This document shows positions 25,101 to 34,900 of a stretch of 64,000 bases of DNA, one piece after another. Below the pieces are notes generated by a model, which was not told the DNA's origin, made no database searches, and saw only the letters and a list, made by a program, of their open reading frames with translations. Both the position numbers and the translations under genes were made by a program. The DNA comes from Octopus bimaculoides (taxonomy: Eukaryota): contig NC_068990.1 of the NCBI RefSeq assembly GCF_001194135.2, forward strand, positions 78,239,498-78,303,497, read 5' to 3'. The first letter of the stretch is position 1. Each line of letters begins with the position of its first letter.

Positions 25101-28100
25101 GAGAAGTATGCTTCACAACTTATCATATATGTAGGTTTGAAACAACAGTAGATGCAGTATTGTCTCAACAATGCTAATTAGCTAGTTAATAAATATTGAT
25201 TCATTAACTAAATACTAGAATGGAAATATATATATATATATATACTGTTGATATGTTTGTGGTGCTGCAGCATGGCTCCAATCCATTGACTAAGGAAGAC
25301 TAATACATCATTTAGGCATTGTAAAATATCAATGTATTTTTGTCATCAGGTGAAACAGCTACGGACAGTGACAACGAGAAGTAACTCACTGAGACAGGGA
25401 AAAAATGAAAATATTTTGCCAGTTGAAATGGATGGGGAAGAAGATGCTATTTGGATCACAGAATTGGAAAAGTAAGTCTTTTCGGCTTATTAATGGTGAA
25501 ATAAATTTCTACAAATATTTTCGTTCTTAGCATCCTGAACCTGCAGGAAAGAACTACATTCTCTTTAAACCTAAGGGGAAAAAAAATATGGCATAAAGGA
25601 CACAAGGGTGAAAATAAGAGTAATTGACTTCAGACAGCATTCTTATTTCACCTGTTCAGTTAAAGGTGTAATTAAAAAAGGTAGTTGCCTAGCTCCATAA
25701 TCAAAGATATTTCAGCTGGGATCATCTGATCGAATTGGATTACATTATCCTCCCCCCTCCCCCCCCACCAACTAAAGCTAATAGTTAGCAGTTTTGCAAT
25801 GTGGCAAATAACCTTTTGCCCTATCAATCCTGACTGCTTGTTATACTTTGGTAGCAATTTTGAAATGACATTTTTTCTGATAATCTCTGGTCATTGATAA
25901 AAAAAATTTCACACTAATCTTAAATCTACTTTTGTTATAAAGAGAACATCATCATCGTTTAACGTCCGCTTTCCATGCTAGCATGGGTTGGACGATTTGA
26001 CTGAGGACTTGGTGGACCAGGTGGCTACACCAGGCTCCAATCTGATCTGGCAGAGTTTCTACAGCTGGATGCCCTTCCTAACGCCAACCACTCTGAGAGT
26101 GTAGTGGGTGCTTTTACGTGCCACCGACACGAAGGCCAGTCAGGTGGTACTGGCAACGGCCACGCTCAAAATGGTGTATTTTACGTGCCACCTGCACAGG
26201 AGCCAGTTCAGCGGCACTGGCACGATCTCACTCGAATGTCTTTACACGTGCTACTGGCACAAGTGCCAGGAAGGCGACGCTGGGCACAGGTGCTATCACG
26301 ATTTCGCTTTCACTTGCCCCAAGAGGTCTTCGCAAGCTGAGTTTCGTGTCCATTGGAGGAGACGATGTTGGCATGGGCGCCAGTCGTCGAATTTAGTTCG
26401 ATTTCGATTTCGATTTGACTTGCCTCAACAGGTCTTCGCAAGTGGCGTTTTGTGTCCAATGAAGGAAGGTACGCATAACTGGGCTGGCTACACCTCTGGC
26501 AGAGGCCTTGGATTTAGGTCTCACTTGGCTTGCCGGGTCTTCTCATGCACAGAGGTCTCGGTCAGAAGTCATCGCCTCAGTGGGGCCCAATTTTCGAAGG
26601 TCGTGCCTCATCACCTCATCCCAGGTCTTCCTGCGCCTACCTCTTCCACAGGTTCCCTCAATTGCTAGGGAGTGGCACTTTTTCACACAGCTATCCTCAT
26701 CCATTCTCGCCACATGACCATACCAGCGCAATCGACTCTCTTGCACACCACAACTGATGCTTCTTAGGCTCAACTTTTCTCTCAAGGTACTTACACTCTG
26801 TCCAGTATGCACACTGACATTACACATCCATCGGAGCATACTGGCTTCATTCCTTGCGAGCTTACGCATGTCTTCAACAGTCACGGCCCATGTTTCACTG
26901 TCATGAAGCATGGCTGTTCGTACACATGCGTCATACAGTCTGCCTTTTACTCTGAGAGAGAGACCCTATGTCACCAGCAGAGGTAAGNNNNNNNNNNNNN
27001 NNNNNNNNNNNNNNNNNNNNNNNNNNNNNNNNNNNNNNNNNNNNNNNNNNNNNNNNNNNNNNNNNNNNNNNNNNNNNNNNNNNNNNNNNNNNNNNNNNNN
27101 NNNNNNNNNNNNNNNNNNNNNNNNNNNNNNNNNNNNNNNNNNNNNNNNNNNNNNNNNNNNNNNNNNNNNNNNNNNNNNNNNNNNNNNNNNNNNNNNNNNN
27201 NNNNNNNNNNNNNNNNNNNNNNNNNNNNNNNNNNNNNNNNNNNNNNNNNNNNNNNNNNNNNNNNNNNNNNNNNNNNNNNNNNNNNNNNNNNNNNNNNNNN
27301 NNNNNNNNNNNNNNNNNNNNNNNNNNNNNNNNNNNNNNNNNNNNNNNNNNNNNNNNNNNNNNNNNNNNNNNNNNNNNNNNNNNNNNNNNNNNNNNNNNNN
27401 NNNNNNNNNNNNNNNNNNNNNNNNNNNNNNNNNNNNNNNNNNNNNNNNNNNNNNNNNNNNNNNNNNNNNNNNNNNNNNNNNNNNNNNNNNNNNNNNNNNN
27501 NNNNNNNNNNNNNNNNNNNNNNNNNNNNNNNNNNNNNNNNNNNNNNNNNNNNNNNNNNNNNNNNNNNNNNNNNNNNNNNNNNNNNNNNNNNNNNNNNNNN
27601 NNNNNNNNNNNNNNNNNNNNNNNNNNNNNNNNNNNNNNNNNNNNNNNNNNNNNNNNNNNNNNNNNNNNNNNNNNNNNNNNNNNNNNNNNNNNNNNNNNNN
27701 NNNNNNNNNNNNNNNNNNNNNNNNNNNNNNNNNNNNNNNNNNNNNNNNNNNNNNNNNNNNNNNNNNNNNNNNNNNNNNNNNNNNNNNNNNNNNNNNNNNN
27801 NNNNNNNNNNNNNNNNNNNNNNNNNNNNNNNNNNNNNNNNNNNNNNNNNNNNNNNNNNNNNNNNNNNNNNNNNNNNNNNNNNNNNNNNNNNNNNNNNNNN
27901 NNNNNNNNNNNNNNNNNNNNNNNNNNNNNNNNNNNNNNNNNNNNNNNNNNNNNNCGTGTATCACCTGGTTAACAATACAGGTGACTAGGCTATAGCCGAC
28001 ACTGCCAGATATTTTGAGCATCTCCTGATGGGCCGGGGTGGGGTGGGGGGCTTCCCTATGTTACTCTTTGATGAGCGGAAGCAATAATCTGCTTCCATGC

Positions 28101-28467
28101 TGTGGTTTGTAATGAAAGTTTATAAAATGATTTCCAAAAGCATAACAATACTTTCTTAGGAATATTTTTCAAGTCAATAATTGATATTTCAAACTGCTAT
28201 GGTAAATTCTAACTTGTGGCACAGCTTATGCCTGCAAATGTTGTTTTTTTTTTTTTTTTTTTAGGGGAAAAACAGATAAATATTCCACATTTCCTCTCTT
28301 TAAAGTTTGTATCTTATTTCAGAATCTTTGGTTTTCCTACACATTATACTGATGTACGAAATCTTAATCACAGCCGTCGACAACGGCTCCTTGGAAGAGC
28401 TTGGAGTGTTCCAGTAATTAAGTTCCTGTTATCTCCATTGACAAAATTATTCCACACTGCTACTTAA
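3513..28467 (+). CDS. DNMT3: DNA (cytosine-5)-methyltransferase 3, 5'-partial, 15 coding exons (1448 nt, about 481 aa): ADD domain + catalytic domain
   Basis: Hand-spliced GT-AG exons stay in frame. They give ADD zinc-finger Cys spacing (CIGC..CEQC, CSIC..C..C, CINC, CFLC), motif I FDGIGTG, motif IV GGSPCND, motif VI ENV, motif VIII RPRYF, TRD loop RTVTTRSNS and motif [10 protein letters not shown], ending at stop TAA 28465-28467. Confidence 0.97.
4541..4585 (+). CDS. DNMT3: DNMT3 45-nt exon ([15 protein letters not shown])
   Basis: ttttaacag / gtgagt, phase 1-1; resembles the helix preceding ADD. Confidence 0.85.
4672..6795 (-). mobile_element. 5'-truncated RTE LINE with (GAT)n tail
   Basis: Frameshifted RT fragments ([39 protein letters not shown]) and (CAT)n on the + strand at 4672. 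Confidence 0.9.
7449..7534 (+). CDS. DNMT3: DNMT3 ADD exon (EICIGC...[13 protein letters not shown])
   Basis: ttttccag / gtaatt; GATA-like finger signature. Confidence 0.97.
7835..8273. other. Assembly gap (439 N)
   Basis: N run. Confidence 1.
8519..8692 (+). mobile_element. Young RTE 3' end / RTE-tailed short element
   Basis: Near-identical to copies at about 24090, 25950, 45030 and 53560; ends gcatggaaagcggacattaaacgacgatgatgat. Confidence 0.9.
9319..9366 (+). CDS. DNMT3: DNMT3 ADD exon ([16 protein letters not shown])
   Basis: tttttcag / gtaagt; D-x-D corresponds to the H3K4me0-binding acidic pair. Confidence 0.9.
10896..10960 (+). CDS. DNMT3: DNMT3 ADD exon ([22 protein letters not shown])
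   Basis: tttcag / gtaaca; PHD cysteines. Confidence 0.95.
11081..11514. mobile_element. Fold-back MITE-like element with about 100-bp TIRs
   Basis: gtaaagattg...ccccagga mirrored at the right end; no target-site duplication discerned. Confidence 0.85.
11696..11750 (+). CDS. DNMT3: DNMT3 ADD exon ([18 protein letters not shown])
   Basis: ttgtag / gtaagt; phase 2-0. Confidence 0.95.
12440..13050 (+). mobile_element. Degenerate RTE RT relic (approximate bounds)
   Basis: [14 protein letters not shown]-type segment followed by degraded RT motifs. Confidence 0.8.
13080..14200 (+). mobile_element. piggyBac (PGBD/DDE_Tnp_1_7-type) transposase pseudogene
   Basis: [50 protein letters not shown]; stops, frameshifts and a 210-bp insertion. 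Confidence 0.92.
14338..14610 (-). mobile_element. Older RTE 3' end
   Basis: (CAT)n followed by the diverged family sequence. Confidence 0.85.
15380..15514 (+). CDS. DNMT3: DNMT3 ADD C-terminal exon ([12 protein letters not shown]...HQKLA)
   Basis: tattatcag acceptor; PWxCxxC signature; donor gtttgt is weak but keeps frame. Confidence 0.9.
15690..16410 (+). mobile_element. CR1/Jockey-like RT relic interrupted by a SINE (approximate bounds)
   Basis: [12 protein letters not shown]...[16 protein letters not shown] before the SINE; [18 protein letters not shown] after it. Confidence 0.75.
15985..16217 (+). mobile_element. Young tRNA-related SINE (family A)
   Basis: B-box-like gagttcaaattcc, A-rich tail, CpGs retained; degenerate relatives near 19257, 42530, 43400 and 44590. 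Confidence 0.85.
16551..16950 (-). mobile_element. tRNA-headed SINE with CORE-like segment (family B)
   Basis: Minus strand reads ggttc.gggttcagtccc head then ggcaccttgggcaagtg (CORE-like); internal (CA/TA)n. Confidence 0.85.
17369..17450 (+). CDS. DNMT3: DNMT3 motif I exon ([15 protein letters not shown])
   Basis: cctttcag / gtaata; SAM-binding motif I. Confidence 0.97.
17585..18354 (+). mobile_element. Internally deleted Tc1/mariner element
   Basis: About 28-bp TIRs caggatgttcaggctaaat(t/g)tgac, TA at the right flank; C-terminal transposase remnants [14 protein letters not shown]...[13 protein letters not shown]. Confidence 0.85.
18370..18636 (+). mobile_element. RTE 3' end nested just after the mariner relic
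   Basis: Family sequence ending gttaaacaatgatgat. Confidence 0.85.
18934..19079 (+). CDS. DNMT3: DNMT3 motif II-III exon (KVALDQLG...SSEVD...IGDITEL)
   Basis: ttttccag / gtaact; ungapped match to DNMT3A 646-694. Confidence 0.97.
19257..19430 (+). mobile_element. Degenerate family-A SINE
   Basis: Similarity to 15985-16217. Confidence 0.7.
20021..20114 (+). CDS. DNMT3: DNMT3 motif IV exon with catalytic Cys ([21 protein letters not shown])
   Basis: long pyrimidine tract + cag / gtacag. Confidence 0.98.
20191..22070 (-). mobile_element. Rearranged RTE LINE relic(s) with tail
   Basis: RT C-terminal and Zn-finger-like ORF fragments ([25 protein letters not shown]); a duplicated segment near 21510-21950. 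Confidence 0.88.
23057..23202 (+). CDS. DNMT3: DNMT3 motif V-VI exon ([11 protein letters not shown]...FWLYENV...ISRFLG)
   Basis: ctttccag / gtaagt. Confidence 0.97.
23720..24268 (+). mobile_element. Young RTE 3' UTR copy
   Basis: CpG-rich, (GAT)n tail. Confidence 0.9.
24375..24460 (+). CDS. DNMT3: DNMT3 motif VIII exon ([19 protein letters not shown])
   Basis: ttgtag / gtaagg. Confidence 0.97.
24983..25058 (+). CDS. DNMT3: DNMT3 TRD exon ([25 protein letters not shown])
   Basis: ttttcttccag / gtaagt; phase 2-0. Confidence 0.9.
25350..25471 (+). CDS. DNMT3: DNMT3 TRD-loop exon ([15 protein letters not shown]...IWITELEK)
   Basis: catcag / gtaagt. Confidence 0.97.
25947..28030 (-). mobile_element. 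Young RTE LINE spanning an assembly gap
   Basis: Tail at 25947; open RT C-terminus (ORF 26543-26911); matching upstream RT after the gap; the 967-N gap is close to the spacing seen in the 4672-6795 copy. Confidence 0.88.
26988..27954. other. Assembly gap (967 N)
   Basis: N run. Confidence 1.
28323..28467 (+). CDS. DNMT3: DNMT3 last coding exon ([11 protein letters not shown]...[12 protein letters not shown]...AT*)
   Basis: ttatttcag acceptor; motifs IX and X; TAA stop. Confidence 0.98.
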
Positions 28468-31400
28468 TGTAAGTAAAACAAACATCATTATGCAAGAATA
28501 AAAAAAACAATTAGTGTCACTGTGTGCACGTTTTAAAATGTCATTTGCATCACCCCAGGTTTATTATTTTCTTCTAAAAGAGTACTATTTTTTGGCTTAC
28601 TCTAATAAGTCTATGGAAATTATTTCTAGATCTGTATTTTCTTATTCGAATTAAATATACCTTCATCCTCCTGATGTCTCTGTCATTCTATATATAATTA
28701 TTTGCAGACCCAGGTAAGTTGATTGGTATAAGCATGTTTATCTATCAACTCCCAGTGTTTGTGAGGAATTGTACAAACATGTGTATGCGTATGTTACTGT
28801 CTCTGTCCAGTAGTGGGCTTCACTACCAAAGATGTTTAGTAAGATTATCTTATTTAGAAGAGAGCAGAAGTCCTTATAAGACAGATGCAAGTGAAATGCA
28901 TTTCCTTGAATAAAGTAAACCAACTCTGAAGAAGTGGATGTTTGTTTGTTTGTTGCATTGCTAAGTAAGATATGATATTAATATCAGCAGATCCTTTTTT
29001 GAAACCTTTGCCTAACTTACTGGAAATGGTACATCTATTATCATAAGGCTGTTCCAAACAAAGAAAGCCTCTGTTTGATTCTATCGTTCGTTAAAAAAGA
29101 AAAAGTCAAAAGATGCCGACTATATTACTTGGTCTCCAGAAAAATATCATTTAAAATTAGCCAGAAGTTCCAATTACCTGCCACTCTGCTCCATCGGATT
29201 ACCAGCAACAAAACATGAGATCATTATCATTAATTTGTTGGATATTTTTATAAATCTGGCCTGTATCTCTGTACTTTATGTGTTGTGAAAGAAGACATGT
29301 CAGAATCTGAAAAAGTAATTCTGCAGATAAAAAAACATAGAAAGATGAAGCCGATGATTAGTGAAGCTGTAGTGAAAATAAGTGACAAAAGAAAATTTGG
29401 GAAGTAATTTGTTAAATATATTTACTATCTTGTGTACAAAAAAAAAAAAAAAAAAAAAAAAAAAAGACATTTATATGTCTAAAGTAAATCTTATATTTTC
29501 CATGAATCCCATTAAATAAATTCTACACAGATTGTGGAGATTGGCTCCTAGCTGATGACACTTAATGGCCATGCAGACATATCATGGGTGGGGGGGGATA
29601 TGGCACGAGAAAAAAAAATATATGCAATGAAAATAGAATGTTACACTATTTACATTGATTAAAAACTGTCTTACACAAAGGGGTGGGGTTGAATGAGGAG
29701 ACATTAGGAGTTTGTTGGGTCCAATCAGCTTCTTAATTTATTTGCTTGGAATCAGCTGCAGTTTGCCAATAATAATAATAATAATAATAATAATTATGGT
29801 GGCAGGGGAGAATAGTCATTACTGTAGCGATTGTCTGAGGAATGAAAGAAATGGTTGGGAGAAACAATTACTAAGTGACAGCAAATTTCTGAGGCATTGG
29901 GTATCGAGTAATTTCAACAATGGGTTTATTTAAAATAAATGAAACTCAATGGAAACTGTAAAATTACAGAACCCTTCCTTTACTATAACAAAGAATCTCA
30001 AACCTCTATGAACCACTGAGATTTATTTTTCAATAAAGTAATATTTCTGGTTGATTTCTTCATGGTAGCAGGTATTGGATATGAAGAAGAAATGTTTAAA
30101 CAAATATATTTTTCTGCTGACAAACTGAAACAAGTTGAATATTTTAACTCAGCGAGAGACAGAGAGAAATACTGCAATGATATGGTTGGAACCCATTTTC
30201 ACAGCATTTGCACCATAAAAAATTCAAAAGCAGTGACATGCATTGAAAAATATTGGCATGATAATATAAAAAAAACTTAAGTGTAAACTTACTATCTTAT
30301 GTGAGTCTATAGCTGCACAACCAAATAGACATTTCACTGCATTTTATATCAATTACTAACATAATTAAACAAAGGGGGCCTCCTGAATACTAGAGCAAGC
30401 AACTTGTAATGCAACTATGAACATTGCACTAGCTATGAGACAAGGCAGGAAAAAAGTGGATCTGGCTTAGCTGAGCACTCGACAGACTCTTGTAGTTGTA
30501 GCCTTAACATAATTCTTGAGTAGAATCAGCATGATAAGGCTGTAACGAATCATTTGATATTTGGCTTGAAAATACATATTTACACACACTTACACAAAGG
30601 ACAATTACTTTCAAATTTATGGAGAGGTAAAATAAGCTGTTTTTACTGTGATTTGGGCTTTCGAATTTTCAAAGGGTGAAAGAAAAAAAAAAGAAGTTTG
30701 TTAGAGAAAGGAAAATAAGGTTAAATAAGAGGGGCAGAAAGAAGAGGTAAAGGGTTGATTACAGTATAAAAGATATATAAATGTAAATACTCTTGAATTC
30801 ACAAAGGGAGAGATTGAAATGTGTTAAACTGACATTTTATCACACACACACACACACGAGCATTGTGTTGAAAAACTATTATAAAAACAATTTGAAAGAG
30901 AGTAACTCATCTCAACGCTTTCAAGCAAACACACACACAGTCATATATCTATATTTTTCAGACACAATCTTATGGTTTCTCAGCTAGACGTATCCAAATT
31001 AAAGGGCAACTTCTTGTTATCCCCAGACATGCAAGCATCAGAAATCAAAAGCTAAAAGGCAAGCTTAACTAAGTCCAATAAACTAAATAGCCTTTACTGC
31101 ATGTTTTCCATTCCTAATTCTTCTCAATTGGCTGGGATTTGCAGCTTATTTTCAAAACAAATTAAAATAAACCAAATTGTCTATATCAGTCCTTAAAACT
31201 GTTATGAACTTGCTTGTAGCTAACAATGGTAGACAGAGCCCCCCCACTCCAGTTAGTGTGCAACAGGTTGTTAGTGGCTAAATAAATGAACAACTGCAAA
31301 TCACAGTGATTAGAGGATGAGTATATAAAGGATTGGTTGCTGGTCACAGTGGTGAATGGAAATTAAGGTTAATCAGAGATCAGTCAACATGTTCCGCATA

Positions 31401-31926
31401 GCCATTCATTGACAGGTAAGGGTATTGGTATCGTTGTATTTCATTTGGGAGAGGAAGAAGAGGAGAGGAAGGTTGTGATGGCATTGGCTGCAGCATAAAG
31501 GGTGTGAGTGGAGCAGGAGTTAACTGGGTAGGTAGGTGGGTATCATCATGGTAAGGGTGGCCAGTGCCAGCAAAGATAATTCCAGTAGCACAACTTTATG
31601 AAATGTATCAATGGCTACTTTGAAGAAACACTAAACTCTTGGCAAAAGTTTTCAGGAATCAATCAGCTATGTGACCAAGATTGCTGCCACAACAGCTACA
31701 TTAACGTTGGAAAAAGTCGCTGTCTTCAATATAGCTGGTTGATTTTTTTATATATATATATATATATATAATGTTGCATTTTCTTTCCTCTATTTAAAAA
31801 AAAAAAGCTTGTTTTCTTCATGTTAGTCAGTCTAACAAATGGAAGCACCAAAAGCTTCATTTCTTCATTATCTGTGGCCAGCCCTGTCCTAGGTCCATGA
31901 GAGCAGTCAGCAGAGATATCATCAGG

Positions 31927-31964
31927 TCATCGTTGATAATCATCAAGGGGTTGGACGACTGTCT
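31927..31964 (-). CDS. PTPN4: PTPN4 terminal coding exon ([12 protein letters not shown])
   Basis: tctatttcag acceptor, phase 1 match, V-x-PL resembles the PTPN4 tail as recalled; 11,259-bp preceding intron. Confidence 0.75.
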
Positions 31965-34900
31965 CTGAAATAGACAAATTGCACACATATTAATTGTACT
32001 TTAAAATATACATATCACGTACAAACAGAAGAAAAAGTGTTAAGAATATGTAAACTTTATTAGTTAGAAGCTGATGATTCATTGTGTTGCTATTCCAAAT
32101 TATGGGATTCAAGTGTTGTCATCTGAAAGATTGCACAGGGTAAAAAGTAACAAAAGTTTTTTTTTTTTTTTAAAGTTCTCTTAAGAATATTTTACTAAAT
32201 AAGAAGTGATCTCTATCAGATATATTTTATTGTGTCTGGGGAGAGTCATTCTCTTTTATTAATTTAACACACTGATTTCTACTCATTTATTTTTACTAAA
32301 ATTTTTGTTGCAAACCTTTTCAATAGCCGTTATCTGTCCGTTATCAGAATTGCGGGGGATTTTTGCATGCATGTGCATGCATTCACATGTTTGTGTATGT
32401 ATGTATGGAAATCGGTGTGTTAAATTAATAAGAGAATGACTCTCTCCAGACACAATAAAACATTGCTCCAACACACAAATTCACATAAAGACTCTTGCAA
32501 ACCACATACAAAAATGAAATATATATATGTCTACATTGAGCCTGCAATATTACATGAAAGCAGGATTTATGAAAAATAGCACAGAATCTATGCATAACAC
32601 TGGCAATAGATAAAACTAGATTGAAAAAATTTCATGATTTTACAGCTGAAATCTTTCAGCTGTAAAATTATTAAACATCTTCATTTTAAATTTTTCTTTA
32701 TTCATAAATTACAAATAATAGCATTGCTGCAAGCTTTCAATGTTTACTGCATCTCTAAAGATGAAAGTGATAAAAAGCAGCTGTGATGGACTTTGAATAG
32801 CATCAGTTTTCAACAAAAGATACACATATTTGCACATGGCTGTATATTTTGCTTCTAGACCTCATAGTGTCTTCTAATAATTATGGGCCAACCAGTGCCT
32901 TGTGAGTGAAATTTGATAAACAGAAACTGTAAGAAGCCCATTGTATGTATAAGTATATATATGTCTTACTAGCTTCTTGCTATGATAGAAGGCACTTGCC
33001 TAAGGTGTTGTACAGTGGTACCCATTCCATGTGGCTGTGAAACAAGCAGCAGCTGACCTTCACAGCTGAGCATTAGGAAGTTTGGCAAAGAATCTGAAAT
33101 TGCTGTATTAAATGTTGTTGTTCATTATCACATGTTTGAAATAGGAATTGTAAAGCAAGGAATAAAGAATGCCTGCCGTTAATGAATGAAATTACTTGGA
33201 ATTGGCTTCGGTCCATTAAGTCAGTGATGTTCAAATGACAGCATCTCATTTTCTCAGATATCATCATTTAACGCCTGTTTTCCAGGCATGACAGTTTGAT
33301 AGAAGCTGGCAAACCAGAGAGCTGCACCATGGTTTTTATGGCTGGATGCCCTTCCTAATGCCAACCACTTTACAGAGTATACTTGGTGCTTTCAAGATTA
33401 AAGCCTCTGAGCTGAGAGAAGAAGTGGCTGAGAGCCAGATGAGAGGTGAGTGTATAATAGAGAGATGAGAGAGTTGCCTTATTATGGAGGGGATAGTTGG
33501 CTAGCCCAGTAGGGACAGAAAGGAGAGAAAAGGGAAAGTTAGAAGAGACAGAAATAAATGGTGTTGGAGATGTGTTAGGGCCTAGCCACAGGGGAGAGTG
33601 ATGGGCAAACATAAGTAGTAGAGAGGATAAAGGGTGGTGTTCCATAATGCAAGGGGAGAAACATGACTGATTTAAATATCTCAATGACTGTGTGTGTGTG
33701 AAGATAAGAATAAGACATAATAATAATGATTCTATTAAGAGCACAAGCAGATTCTAGAAAGGGGAAAATGGTGTTTTGAAGCTGTTGAGGATTTAGTGAA
33801 AATTGAAGATTGGGCTAACATCTAAATACTGAAAATAATTGGAATTTCATCAAGAAAACCACTCCGTTCACAAATTTAATAAGAGTTTTATTTTTTTAAT
33901 TCAGATAATTTAAAAAGTAAATAGAATTTTTAAAAGCAAAAAATGGGGCCGACTTGGTGTTTAAGTTTAATTTCTAACCATTTCATTACAAGGCCATACA
34001 AAAAAAAAAAAAAAAAAAAGGTAGGCTAAATTATTATCAAAACTATTAATGTTCACAATTGTTAGGTTTGAACATTCAAAATATATAATTTTGTTGCATA
34101 TCTATGGAAATGCTAAGTTAGAGCAAGAACCTTAAACAGGAGATTGTGCATAATATTACAACATAGATAAAATATTTGTGCTTGTAAATATATATATAAA
34201 CACAGGTCATAATAAGAGAGAAGATTTAAAAGACAATTTAGTTTTAGAAACAAATGTATAAGACGAAAAGGAAATCGTTTACATATGCACAATGGTATAT
34301 GAAATAAAGTTTTATGTCAAACAGGTATTAATTAAAAGGACAATATTTATTGATTAAAAAGAAAGCAATGTTAATTGGTTACATAAGAAATAACTAAAGC
34401 AGAAAGAATACAAAGTAATTTTTGAAAGCAATTTCTATCCACATCGTTACACGTGTGTTTTAAGTTAACTTGGATAATTCAAAAGATTTTTATCAATAAC
34501 TGGAACATAATCTAATGACAAAATATATGAAAAAAACAAAAACGATAATGGTCTATTTTCATAAATAGAAAAGAAAATAAGAAATGGTTTGAAAGTATAT
34601 TGGTAGTGCATGCAGTTAATTCTGTCCTATCATAAACTGTCCTTATATGGTAAGGAGTCAGTTGAAGTGAGAGCTGAGACAATGAAATAAAAGGGTCTTG
34701 TTAGAGAAAACTTATCCCAGTGACATCTCACCAATAATATGAGTATGGTACCTTTTGTCTACAGCCACATTACCTCAACCAAGGCGTCCTTGATGAAAGT
34801 AGTATCTAAGAAACAATTCCTTAGTCTTCAAGGGGTCCTTCAGAGCCATTATTTAATTCCTATTTCATGTTTTGAAGTTAAATTAAGGATATACTTTGAT

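Noticed and set aside
26910-28021. Long 334-361 aa ORFs in the track
   Set aside because: Artefacts of translating N runs.
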